From a virus (lineage: Duplodnaviria > Caudoviricetes): a stretch of 33,517 nt of DNA. The stretch lies in IMG/VR virus record IMGVR_UViG_3300035527_000079, positions 1 to 33,517 of that record; one strand, given 5' to 3'. Made by a program: the position numbers and the translations under genes. The notes under the pieces are model-generated. The model was not told the origin of the DNA and made no database searches. It saw nothing but the letters and a program-made list of their open reading frames with translations. Position 1 is the stretch's first letter. Every line of letters begins with the position of its first letter. This document shows, piece by piece, positions 15,761-24,642 of this stretch.

Positions 15761-17806
15761 ATGAGAATAGGAAGAAAACCATTAGGTGACGCAGGGCTAA
15801 ATGAATACTCTGATAATTCGAATAGAACCATTGAGCACTTAGCTGAGCTGCAAGGCCGCGCCGGGTCTATCCGGTACCAGACGATGTCAAAGGGTGACGA
15901 TATTGTCGGTATGATTTTGCGCGTACATAAAAATCCTATCAGGTCCGCATCATGGAACATACCATATCCGTCCAACGTAACAGATAAGGAAAAACTTGCC
16001 ATAGAGGTAATCAAAGATAAACTGTTTGGGGAATCCGGATCAGAATTTGACGCGTTTTTGGGTCAAATATTATCAATGCTTGAGTATGGATTTTCGGTGT
16101 TTGAGCAATACTATCAGCCGGAAAGAATTGGAAGCACGATGTATCTTGTGCCGCAGATAGAACAAAGGATGCAAACATCCATTGAAGAAATTTTACCTAA
16201 AAAGAAAATCATCAGGCAGTTAACGATCGATAAAGGAACCATTGAAATCCCGTTTGAAACTTTGTTGTTTTTTTCGCTCAACAAACAAGGAGAAGACTGG
16301 CGCGGGGAATCCTTGCTCCGTAACGCGTATGCCTCATACAAGCGTAAAAAGATTTATCAGAAGTGGATGGGAATAGGTGTACAGCGAAGCGTTTCGGGCA
16401 TCCCTTCGATGGAGGTTCCGTTGAGCGTTAAATACGGGAGCGAGGAATATACTGCCGTTGAAACGATGTTAAAAAATATTTGCCATCATGAAGAAGCGTA
16501 CATGATAACGCCGGAGGGGTATAAATTCATGTACCACGAATCGAAGTTTGACGCCGACCCTGTTCAGAAAGCGATAGACGGGTGTAACTCGGGAATGGCG
16601 TTAAGCGTTCTGGCACAGTTTGTTATGTTAGGGCAAAATGGGAATACGGGCGCGTTCGCGTTATCTAGAGACCAGAGTGATTTTTTCCTTGACGGGTTAC
16701 AGTACATCATAAACTTGATATGCGGCGTTATCAACTCGCGCGTGATTAATCCGTTTATTAAAATTAATTTTGGTGAAAGCGTTGATCCGGCACGTGTGCG
16801 AATAAAAGGTATGAACTTAAACAAGAAAGCCGGACAGGAATTGGCAAACGTTTTATCTGTCTTGAGCCAGTCAGGATTTGTCAAGCCAACTACAGACGAT
16901 GAAGTACAGCTTAGGAACAATCTGGAAATGCCGGAACTCACGGAAGAAGAACTTGAACGGAGAGAAAATCAGCCTGAACCGTCTGCGCCAGTTGAAAATA
17001 AAATACAGTTTGCCGAAAAAATTACAAGAGATGAAAGGCAGAAATATATCGAGGACACAAATAAAGAGGTTCTTGATTTTATGCAGGCTAACCTTGCGCT
17101 CATAAAGGATAAAATGATCGCGGACATTGAGTCGACCCTTAAAAAGGGAACCATTGACATTCAGGGCTTAAAAAATGTCACCGTTTCATCATCGAAATAT
17201 CTTAAAGGGCTACAAAGAAAGCTATCAGGAATCGCCGTTGAATCGTTTGAGTGCGCAAAGAAACAGGCAAAGAAAAACTCGATAAAACTTGCGGATATTG
17301 ACCCTAAAGATATAGAGGATAAAACGTTAAAGCAATACGTGCTCAACGAATCAACATCCATAGTGGACAAGCAGACATCCGGGATGCTTAACCGAGCGAT
17401 ACTTACAGCGTCTAATAACTCCTTGAAAAATTTATCAATCGCGCAAACGATGTCGAATGTTTCAAAGGCGGTTGATAAATACATCACATCAGCAGGTGTT
17501 GTTGTTGACGGATCGCTTGTTGTTGTTGGCACGTCGAATTTTGGAGAATATCAGTTTAATAAACAGATAGAAGATCAGCTTTGGGGGTACAGGTTTGTAA
17601 ATCCATCTCCTGAGGCTGAAATTTGCAAGTGGTACAAAGGAAAAACGTTTTCGATCAATAGCCCGGAACTTGCCGAGGCTACGCCGCCATTACATCCAAA
17701 TTGCAATTCATACATGGAGCCGATTTATAAGACGGAGAAAAAGCCTGAAGAGATTGATGACGTAATCCCGCCGCCAACGATACGTCAAGGAAAGACAATA
17801 TTCTAA
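15761..17806 (+). CDS. portal protein (Mu gp29/DUF935-like) fused to a Mu gpF/SPP1 gp7-like head morphogenesis domain
   Basis: LSMLEYGFSVFE, GESLLRNAY, GAFALS, INPFIKINFG (portal); C-terminal IC..YKGK...PPLHPNCNS (gpF). Confidence 0.88.
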   Translation: MRIGRKPLGDAGLNEYSDNSNRTIEHLAELQGRAGSIRYQTMSKGDDIVGMILRVHKNPIRSASWNIPYPSNVTDKEKLAIEVIKDKLFGESGSEFDAFLGQILSMLEYGFSVFEQYYQPERIGSTMYLVPQIEQRMQTSIEEILPKKKIIRQLTIDKGTIEIPFETLLFFSLNKQGEDWRGESLLRNAYASYKRKKIYQKWMGIGVQRSVSGIPSMEVPLSVKYGSEEYTAVETMLKNICHHEEAYMITPEGYKFMYHESKFDADPVQKAIDGCNSGMALSVLAQFVMLGQNGNTGAFALSRDQSDFFLDGLQYIINLICGVINSRVINPFIKINFGESVDPARVRIKGMNLNKKAGQELANVLSVLSQSGFVKPTTDDEVQLRNNLEMPELTEEELERRENQPEPSAPVENKIQFAEKITRDERQKYIEDTNKEVLDFMQANLALIKDKMIADIESTLKKGTIDIQGLKNVTVSSSKYLKGLQRKLSGIAVESFECAKKQAKKNSIKLADIDPKDIEDKTLKQYVLNESTSIVDKQTSGMLNRAILTASNNSLKNLSIAQTMSNVSKAVDKYITSAGVVVDGSLVVVGTSNFGEYQFNKQIEDQLWGYRFVNPSPEAEICKWYKGKTFSINSPELAEATPPLHPNCNSYMEPIYKTEKKPEEIDDVIPPPTIRQGKTIF

Positions 17807-17922
17807 TGATTGAATTTAGGTGCAAGAAATGCAGAAAATTATTGTTTAAATATAAAAGAAATGCGATAATAGAAGTAGAAATAAAGTGTGATAGATGCGG
17901 AGAGATTAATAAAACAAGATAA
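17806..17922 (+). CDS. com: Com-family zinc-finger RNA-binding regulator (38 aa), not in ORF track
   Basis: MIEFRCKKCRKLLFKYKRNAIIEVEIKCDRCGEINKTR*, matching the Mu Com pattern RCxxCxKLLFK...EIxCxRC; TAATG coupling to the portal gene. Confidence 0.85.
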   Translation: MIEFRCKKCRKLLFKYKRNAIIEVEIKCDRCGEINKTR

Positions 17923-17932
17923 ATAAATTTTA

Positions 17933-17949
17933 GAGAGCCTTTGAGCCCC
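17933..17949 (+). promoter_or_regulatory. putative Com-binding RNA site GAGAGCC-TTT-GAGCCCC
   Basis: Bipartite GAG(N2)CC(N3)GAG(N2)CC starting 10 nt after the com stop codon. Confidence 0.7.
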
Positions 17950-17980
17950 ATGATAAATAATTCGTGGGGCTATTTTTTTT
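17944..17980 (+). terminator. intrinsic terminator in front of the protease/capsid genes
   Basis: AGCCCCATGA (17944-17953) pairs with TCGTGGGGCT (17962-17971) with one G-U pair, followed by A and T8. Confidence 0.8.
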
Positions 17981-17997
17981 AAAAAAAAGGAGATATT

Positions 17998-19500
17998 ATG
18001 CCAGGCGCTTTTGATGATAATTATGCTAACAGACAAATATTTTTGTTTTCTGAGATTGACCAGTGGTCAGCTGAATACGTTGTCAGGCAGCTTTTGGCAA
18101 TGGACAGAGAATCAAACGAAGAGATAACAATTTTCATAAACTCTTGTGGTGGCGGGGTAAGAGATATGTTTGCCATAACGGACACGATGAAGATTGTTAA
18201 GTCGCCAATAAGAACCGTTTGTGTTGGAATTGCCGCAAGCGCCTCTGCTGTTATTTTATCATCAGGAGATACAAGGCTTGTAAGTAAAACTTGCGAAATT
18301 ATGATCCATGAGCTTAGCGCGGGAACGTTTGGCTCTATGTCCTCTATGATGGACAATGTAGAGCAATTCAAAAAATTACAAAAAAAACTTGTTGACTTAT
18401 TGGCAGAAAACACAGGAAAGACATCAGGTCAGATTGAAGAATCTATGAATCGTACAGATAAATATTTTAACGCGATGGAGGCCGTTTCGTTCGGGTTGGC
18501 TGATAGAATAATTAATGATCAGGAAGCCCAAGCGTTAAAACTATCCGAATCGATAACTGTCGAAGGGTACGAGATCAAAGGCAAAGAAATTCAGATTTTA
18601 CGTGAAGGCAAATATATTCATCCTGTATATGGTGATATTCTTATCACTGAAAAAATGCTTCACAAAATGAAAGAGAATTTTGACAACAATGTCCGCGGGT
18701 GCGACATATCTTATGATTACACGCATGACAACGATTCCGGGGAGGCGCCGGCGGCGTTATGGTTAAGAGGTCTTGAGGTTCGTCAAAATGATGACGGAAA
18801 AGGGAAAGGACTGTTTGCGAAGGTAGAATTTACTCCAATGGGACAGAAGAAAGTCTCTGAGAAGGAGTATAAATACTCAAGCGCAGATTTTAGGATTGAT
18901 TACATCGACCAACACGGAGAACATCACCCCTATGTTTTATGTGGCGGCACGCTGACTAATCGTCCATTTATAAAAAACATGAATCCAATAAAGCTATCAG
19001 AGAATTATAAGAAGGAGGTTAAATCAATGGACAGAAAACAACTAATCGCCGAATTGCAGGGCCACGGCGTAGATGTTACTGCCTTACTTAAGGAAAAAGA
19101 ATCCTTGTCCGCAAGGGTTCGTGATCTTGAGGCGAAGATTACGGAGTTAAACGCTCTTCCGGCGCAGAAAGAAAGTGAAATCAAGGCGTTGAAAGATTCC
19201 CTAAGTGCGGCCAATGAAAAGATTGTCGTGAACGAAAAAACGGCTACCTTTGAAGGGTTGGTTGCAGAAGGAAAGTGTATTCCGGCGCAAAAAGAAAGCA
19301 TCCTCAACACGTTTAAAACGGCTGAGGACATTTCCGAGTTTTACAAAGACGCTCCGGTTATTGTCAACATGTCAGCCAAAGGAAGTGGAGACGACAACAA
19401 TAACGAGGACTTGACAGACGCGGAGGCAGAGCTTGTCAATTCCGGGGAATACACGCGCGAAGAAATCATTGAAGCAAGAAAGCCGGTAACGAAAAAATAA
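17998..19500 (+). CDS. ClpP-like protease fused to a Mu gpI-like prohead protease and scaffold
   Basis: INSCGG, GIAASAS, IMIHE, DKYFNAMEAVSFGLAD (ClpP S-H-D); then YDYTH, APAALW, VEFTP.G...YKYSSADF, LTNRPF (Mu I-like); then coiled coil. Confidence 0.88.
   Translation: MPGAFDDNYANRQIFLFSEIDQWSAEYVVRQLLAMDRESNEEITIFINSCGGGVRDMFAITDTMKIVKSPIRTVCVGIAASASAVILSSGDTRLVSKTCEIMIHELSAGTFGSMSSMMDNVEQFKKLQKKLVDLLAENTGKTSGQIEESMNRTDKYFNAMEAVSFGLADRIINDQEAQALKLSESITVEGYEIKGKEIQILREGKYIHPVYGDILITEKMLHKMKENFDNNVRGCDISYDYTHDNDSGEAPAALWLRGLEVRQNDDGKGKGLFAKVEFTPMGQKKVSEKEYKYSSADFRIDYIDQHGEHHPYVLCGGTLTNRPFIKNMNPIKLSENYKKEVKSMDRKQLIAELQGHGVDVTALLKEKESLSARVRDLEAKITELNALPAQKESEIKALKDSLSAANEKIVVNEKTATFEGLVAEGKCIPAQKESILNTFKTAEDISEFYKDAPVIVNMSAKGSGDDNNNEDLTDAEAELVNSGEYTREEIIEARKPVTKK
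19027..19500 (+). CDS. nested in-frame scaffolding protein (Mu gpZ-like internal start)
   Basis: AAGGAGGT at 19012-19019 followed by in-frame ATG 19027 (MDRKQLIAEL...), just after the protease domain. Confidence 0.7.
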   Translation: MDRKQLIAELQGHGVDVTALLKEKESLSARVRDLEAKITELNALPAQKESEIKALKDSLSAANEKIVVNEKTATFEGLVAEGKCIPAQKESILNTFKTAEDISEFYKDAPVIVNMSAKGSGDDNNNEDLTDAEAELVNSGEYTREEIIEARKPVTKK

Positions 19501-19535
19501 ATATCGGTTAAAAATATAAAGGGAGGAAAAAAGAA

Positions 19536-19991
19536 ATGTCTCTAAGTGCAAATAAAGTTATTCGAAGAAAATCCGCGCCTACACCTAAAAAGTTAAAGGT
19601 TGTAGACGGGGCAGTGCATATTCATGTTGGGGCTAACCTGAATTATGAAGCGTCAAACATCGGTTACGTTATGCCGGCAACTGACGTTTTAAACGCCGAG
19701 TTTGCCGGGATCGCCCTGGAGGAGTTGAACGTTGCCGCGGCTGATAATACATCTGATGGAACCTATGAAGTTTTGGTTCTTCCGCGCGGCGCGGGTGATG
19801 AGGTTTTGATGGACGTTCATGACGCGATCACAATCGCAAACGAGGGTGATCCGGTTTATGTTTATGACGATGATGATGTTGGTTTATCGGCAAGCGTCAC
19901 GAACACAACAGGCGGGCTTGTTGGAATTATCCGGCAGTTTGTAAGCGCAAACAAGGCATGGGTTCAGCTGGTACAGCACCCAACGTTATAA
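19536..19991 (+). CDS. head decoration/cement protein
   Basis: Between scaffold and capsid genes; FAGIALE...GDPVYVYDD...VG pattern. Confidence 0.7.
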   Translation: MSLSANKVIRRKSAPTPKKLKVVDGAVHIHVGANLNYEASNIGYVMPATDVLNAEFAGIALEELNVAAADNTSDGTYEVLVLPRGAGDEVLMDVHDAITIANEGDPVYVYDDDDVGLSASVTNTTGGLVGIIRQFVSANKAWVQLVQHPTL

Positions 19992-20023
19992 TAAATTTTT
20001 AATTTTGTAAGGAGGAAAAAATT

Positions 20024-20974
20024 ATGGACGTAAAAGCATTTTTGGCTTTGTTCAACGTTAAGGCGCGGACAGAGTTCAACCGAGGCTTCCAAAGCATTAA
20101 GCCTGAAATTGATGGCTTGCTTTATGAATACCCTTCCGGACCAGTGGAAAAAATGAATTTCCCGTTTTTTGGGTTCTTTCAGGGGATGAAGAAGTTTACC
20201 GGAAAGTCAGAGTTTGAGAGTTTCCCGGAAGCGATGAACTTCTATGTCACTAATGAAGAGTGGCAAGAAGGCGTTGAGATTCTGGCAAAATACATCGACC
20301 GGGCCGCCGGTATTGGCGATCTAAACCTGTACGTTAAGCGTATCGGAGAATTGCCGCAGGTGGCCGCGGAACATCCCTATGAATTGGCGCTCGACATGCT
20401 TGAGGCTGGGGACGCGAACACATACGGAACGTGTTTTGATGCGCAGAATCTGTTTGATACCACGCACAGCTATTCAACCTCTGCGGGTTCGCAAAGCAAC
20501 CTGTTAAGCGGTACCGGTACGACCGAGTCAAACGTTATTACCGACCTTAATTCAGCATTGGCCGCGTTAAACGGGTTTTATATTCAGCAAGGTGGAACCT
20601 CAAACAGCAAAAAACGAAAGCTTAATAAACGGATGAAATTGGTTGTTGTTTGTCCGGATGAGCTATACACAACGTTTTGGAATATCAAAACTAAAGCCCG
20701 TTTGTCCGCTGGCGAAACAAACCCATGGCAGAATCGGTTTGAGGTTGTTTCCCGCCCGTTTTCTGATGATGATGATTGGTATCTGATCAACGTCGACAAT
20801 TCAGATAATTTAAGCTTGTTTTTGTATCAGGTGGAAAAACCTGTAGAGCTTGAATATCCGTCTGAAACGGACGAAAGCTACAAGAAAGAAAAGAAATTCC
20901 AATGGAATATGTACGGACGTTACGCTGTGGCTTATGGCGCATGGTGGAAAGGCGTGATGACTACAAACACCTAA
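20024..20974 (+). CDS. major capsid protein (Mu gpT-like)
   Basis: VTNEEWQEGVEI, CFDAQNLFDTTH, LVVVCP, DDWYL, GRYAVAYGAWW; strong SD AAGGAGG. Confidence 0.9.
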   Translation: MDVKAFLALFNVKARTEFNRGFQSIKPEIDGLLYEYPSGPVEKMNFPFFGFFQGMKKFTGKSEFESFPEAMNFYVTNEEWQEGVEILAKYIDRAAGIGDLNLYVKRIGELPQVAAEHPYELALDMLEAGDANTYGTCFDAQNLFDTTHSYSTSAGSQSNLLSGTGTTESNVITDLNSALAALNGFYIQQGGTSNSKKRKLNKRMKLVVVCPDELYTTFWNIKTKARLSAGETNPWQNRFEVVSRPFSDDDDWYLINVDNSDNLSLFLYQVEKPVELEYPSETDESYKKEKKFQWNMYGRYAVAYGAWWKGVMTTNT

Positions 20975-20999
20975 TCAAAAAAAACTAATAATCGATAAC

Positions 21000-21030
21000 G
21001 TCGGGGGCTGGCCGGCCCCCGGCATTACTT
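21000..21030 (+). terminator. GC-rich hairpin after the capsid gene (weak terminator or mRNA stabiliser)
   Basis: GTCGGGGGCT/GGCCCCCGGC stem with two G-U pairs; poor U tract (ATTACTT). Confidence 0.6.
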
Positions 21031-21047
21031 AACAGGAAAGGCAGAAA

Positions 21048-21344
21048 ATGAGAGTTAAGCTAAAAAAAGAACTTGAGTTTATCCACAAATCAGGATTAAA
21101 GGAATTTTCCGTTGAGGAAATCAACGGGCGGCACGTTATTAAAGAGGGAAATTTTAAACAAAACATTAAGGGCTCCGAATATAAGTTGATTTTAGAGTGC
21201 CGGATTCCGGAAGTTGAAAAGGTTAATGAGAAGGTAAAGAAAACCGAGAGAAATGTTAAGGCAAGCCGACAAAGAAAACCTGTTGAGAAAAAAGAAGAAC
21301 CTGAACCAGAAAAACAAAAAGACCCGTTGGAGGATGATTTTTAA
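21048..21344 (+). CDS. hypothetical charged protein downstream of the capsid gene
   Basis: 98-aa ORF coupled (TAATG) to the next gene. Confidence 0.75.
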   Translation: MRVKLKKELEFIHKSGLKEFSVEEINGRHVIKEGNFKQNIKGSEYKLILECRIPEVEKVNEKVKKTERNVKASRQRKPVEKKEEPEPEKQKDPLEDDF

Positions 21345-21772
21345 TGTATTGTGATGTCCAGGACCTTGAAAGTTATTTTTTAAACCGATCATTTAAGTGT
21401 GGGGATTACCTTACAAACGGTAAGGCATCCGCTTTTATTTTGGCCGATACGGCTATTATAAACGCCTCGCTAAGGAATAAATATACTCTCCCGATCACAA
21501 ACCAGGACGATCTTTTGCTGTTAAAAACGATCAATGAATGGATGGTTGTCGGCACGATAGATGATATCTTCCGGGAAAAAAACGATGACGGAAGTTTTGA
21601 GCGCGGAAGGAACACACGCAAGACGGCTCTTGATATGCTAAAAGACATACGAGAGGGAAAAATTTTGCTTAATAGCACGTCGATTACATCAATTATTAAA
21701 TTCAACAACGTTAATTCTGATGGCGATGTAGTTGAGCATCGATTTAAGGAATCGGAAATAGGCAATGAGTAA
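21344..21772 (+). CDS. head-tail adaptor (Mu gp36/DUF1320-like)
   Basis: MYC..QDL...IINASL..KYTLPI...ALDMLKDIREGKI.L pattern; position. Confidence 0.78.
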   Translation: MYCDVQDLESYFLNRSFKCGDYLTNGKASAFILADTAIINASLRNKYTLPITNQDDLLLLKTINEWMVVGTIDDIFREKNDDGSFERGRNTRKTALDMLKDIREGKILLNSTSITSIIKFNNVNSDGDVVEHRFKESEIGNE

Positions 21773-22265
21773 ATTTAGAATAAAACTCACGAAAGAATCG
21801 CAAAGGAAGATCGACAATCTCGCACGCGCCGGAAAAGTCGATCTACGGCCATCGCTCAAGGTTATCGGGATTGGATACAGGAAAGAGGTTGATCAGATAT
21901 TTAGCAAACAACAACCCCGCGGAATTGGGTTGCGCTGGCCGCCGCTATCAGAAAAATATGCTGAATGGAAAGAAAAGAGGTTCCCTGGCAGGCCGCTACT
22001 TGTTAGGACCGGGGCACTAAAGGAATCGATGACGCAGGAAGGCGCCCAGGGGAACATAACGGCGATATCAAAAACATCAGCGATTTTCGGGACGAGCATA
22101 CACTATGGGATCTACCATGACAAAGGCGGTTCGAAGATTCCAAAGCGTAATTTTAGCGAGCCAAGCGAAAGGCGTAGACTGATATGGCTTGACCAGATTG
22201 AAAAAGATATTATTCATAATTTTGAACAAAACGGAATTGATGTTGAGGGGAGTATATTCGCATGA
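21765..22265 (+). CDS. virion morphogenesis protein (Mu gpG-like)
   Basis: WPPLS..Y..WK...LLVRTGALKES...FGTSIHYGIYH..G...IPKRNF. Confidence 0.85.
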   Translation: MSKFRIKLTKESQRKIDNLARAGKVDLRPSLKVIGIGYRKEVDQIFSKQQPRGIGLRWPPLSEKYAEWKEKRFPGRPLLVRTGALKESMTQEGAQGNITAISKTSAIFGTSIHYGIYHDKGGSKIPKRNFSEPSERRRLIWLDQIEKDIIHNFEQNGIDVEGSIFA

Positions 22266-22726
22266 TAAATGATGAAGAAGCCTTGTTAAAATCTATTCAT
22301 TCATACGTTAAGTCAAACCTTAATACAAAGATATCAGAAATAAACACAGAAAAAGATGATGATTATGATATTTCATCGATAACTGCAGACGATGACCATT
22401 ATGTTTTTGCCGGCGAACTCCAAGATCTTCCCAACCATGCGTTTGTTGCTTTTGCGATCGATGGGGAAATAGACGTCCAGGGCGGGCACGGGCAAAAGAT
22501 TTCATTGCCAAGCATATCGATCGAAGTCGTCGTTGATAACGAAAAAAAAGAAGGCATGTATTATAAATCATTGAGATACATGCGGGCGTTATATGAGACA
22601 ATATTGGAATATTCGGCAATAGAAGCCGATGACATACAGTTAACAAAGTTTATACCAATGATTGTAAGTAATAGGGGTCGTGAATTGGTGGTGAGCGGGG
22701 TATCGCTATCAGTCGCAATCAGTTAA
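22262..22726 (+). CDS. putative tail terminator/completion protein
   Basis: Position, size and acidic alpha/beta character. Confidence 0.6.
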   Translation: MINDEEALLKSIHSYVKSNLNTKISEINTEKDDDYDISSITADDDHYVFAGELQDLPNHAFVAFAIDGEIDVQGGHGQKISLPSISIEVVVDNEKKEGMYYKSLRYMRALYETILEYSAIEADDIQLTKFIPMIVSNRGRELVVSGVSLSVAIS

Positions 22727-22740
22727 AACAGGAGATTATT

Positions 22741-23037
22741 ATGATACCAAAGTTGCCAGAAAAAGATTTAAAATTGATCAATGATTCTTTTAAGCAGGAT
22801 TCAGGGGTAGAAACGTTGATTAAGAACGCTGATGGAAAACTTGTTAAGGCGGTAAAAAAAGTTTCTAACGAAAAAACCGTTGAACTTGATTATTTTGCCG
22901 GCAAAACTTTAAAACACCAAAAATCTGTTGTCTTGCCTGACGGACAGAAGGTCGTCGGAGTCAAGGGGCAGAAATACGAAGATATCCCGGAGAAATTAAG
23001 GTCATTGGTCTCTTGGGACAAATCCGATTTTATTTAA
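22741..23037 (+). CDS. hypothetical protein
   Basis: SD AGGAG; lies in the tail operon. Confidence 0.75.
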   Translation: MIPKLPEKDLKLINDSFKQDSGVETLIKNADGKLVKAVKKVSNEKTVELDYFAGKTLKHQKSVVLPDGQKVVGVKGQKYEDIPEKLRSLVSWDKSDFI

Positions 23038-23051
23038 AGGAGGCATAAAAG

Positions 23052-23906
23052 ATGTCAATACCAAACGTAAGAGATTTTTTTGGGATTAAATATTTAATCC
23101 TGTATAACATCACAACAAAGGTTCCGTTTTGTGTTTTACGCGCAATCGGAGAGGTAAACTTTGATAACGCGCAGGAGGCCGTAACGCTTAACGGCGGTCA
23201 CACCGAGGCGCCGTATGACGTTGAGTACGGACAGCCTGATCCGACGTTAACCTGTACGGTCCGTGAATATCCTGCAGAACTGTTTAAGGCGTTTGAAAAG
23301 TACACGATCACGGAAAATAGCGCAGAGACAGGTGGGGCATTGGATGCAAGCCCAACAAACGGACAGGGAACAAGCGTTATTAACGCGACAAACGGGATCG
23401 CAACGGTAGCGATCACGACTGCCGCTGACCTTATTTTCGGTCGATATATCCTAAAAGCAACCGCGGCGCAAGAGCTTGATCTTTACGTTGCCGGGCTTGA
23501 GGATTCTTTCGAGGATATCGAGGGTAAAGTAAATTCAACGAGCATTGAAACAACCACAGCCGGAACTGTTGCAATTGCAAACACCGGAATTTCTCTGACC
23601 GTTGTTGGAACGCCAAATTACACCATCGGAGATACAGCATACGTTGATATCCGACCGATAAACACCGGATCAACAAAGGTTGTTGTTGGTGCAGGGACAA
23701 CTCCATCGAATTTCGGCGTCCGGTGCGTGTTCCCGAGGAAGACAGACGGTGTTCTGCATTACATTGATCTGTTCAACGTATCAGGCCGCGGTATGCCGTG
23801 GCGTGGTGTTTCGCGCGAATTTTCAGAGTTTGAGATTAATCTTAAGCCACTTGCAAGGTCATCGGATGGCGCGGTTTATGAAATGGTTCGCGTCTTAGGA
23901 TCATAA
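23052..23906 (+). CDS. major tail tube protein with Thr/Gly-rich inserted beta domain
   Basis: Beta-rich 284-aa protein upstream of chaperone and tape measure; SD AAGGAGG; followed by a hairpin. Confidence 0.75.
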   Translation: MSIPNVRDFFGIKYLILYNITTKVPFCVLRAIGEVNFDNAQEAVTLNGGHTEAPYDVEYGQPDPTLTCTVREYPAELFKAFEKYTITENSAETGGALDASPTNGQGTSVINATNGIATVAITTAADLIFGRYILKATAAQELDLYVAGLEDSFEDIEGKVNSTSIETTTAGTVAIANTGISLTVVGTPNYTIGDTAYVDIRPINTGSTKVVVGAGTTPSNFGVRCVFPRKTDGVLHYIDLFNVSGRGMPWRGVSREFSEFEINLKPLARSSDGAVYEMVRVLGS

Positions 23907-23922
23907 CAGGATAAAAATAATC

Positions 23923-23966
23923 TGGTGGGATAACGGTGGATGTTTCCTGTCATTTGCCGCCCACCA
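23923..23966 (+). promoter_or_regulatory. long bulged hairpin between tail tube and chaperone genes
   Basis: TGGTGGG/CCCACCA outer stem and CGGTGGATG/CATTTGCCG inner stem (with G-U pairs); no U tract. Confidence 0.55.
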
Positions 23967-23989
23967 AAATAAAACAGGAGAGGTTTAAT

Positions 23990-24367
23990 ATGGTTAAAAT
24001 TAAAGGAAAAGAGTATCGGTTAAAATTTACAATAGGATTTTGGAAAAAAATCAAAGAAGATTGTGGCGTTATCCAGGAAAACATGGAAAAGCGTCTTAAC
24101 GAAGATTTCGGGAATGTGGCATCAAAGATAGTTTATTACGGAATTTATTATGGCTTGCCAAACAAGCCGGAGAACATAAACGAGATGGAAGTTTCGCTCA
24201 ATGACATTGAAAGCGATCTTGATAGGAGTGTTGTTGACGATATTGAGCAGGCCCTGATTGATGGAATGACAGAGGCCGAGAAGAGAGCGGTTGAACTTGT
24301 GAAAAAGAAACGTGACAAGCAGTACGCTGACATAGAAAAAGAGATTGAAGGTAAAAAAAAAGAATAA
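23990..24367 (+). CDS. tail assembly chaperone (lambda gpG-like)
   Basis: MVKIKGKEYRLKFT..; ATG 23990 behind AGGAGAGG; ends in an A9 slippery run. Confidence 0.8.
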   Translation: MVKIKGKEYRLKFTIGFWKKIKEDCGVIQENMEKRLNEDFGNVASKIVYYGIYYGLPNKPENINEMEVSLNDIESDLDRSVVDDIEQALIDGMTEAEKRAVELVKKKRDKQYADIEKEIEGKKKE

Positions 24368-24642
24368 CGTTTGATGAGTACAGGTTTTCTATCGAGGCAA
24401 CGCTCATATTTAATAGTGGTTTTTCGTTGACAGAAATTTACGGACTTACATATAAGGAGGCCGAAAAATACTATGATTTCTTTTGCCGCAAAGAAGATGA
24501 AAAAAATCGGATGAATTTTCATTTGTTACTAACCGCTGGTCGAGGGAAAAAGGAAGATGTGAAGCGGACATATCGCATGTTTGAAAACGAAGAGCAGGAA
24601 AACGATATTGAAGATCAATTCCAAGGAGTAAACTTTGGCTAA
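24353..24642 (+). CDS. -1 frameshift extension of the tail chaperone (gpGT-like)
   Basis: A9 at 24353-24361; the -1 frame is open from 24355 (..RITFDEYRFSIEATLIFNSGFSLTEIYGLTY..) to 24642. Confidence 0.8.

Noticed and set aside
23936-23989. GTG start for the tail chaperone
   Set aside because: Lies inside the hairpin; ATG 23990 has a proper SD.
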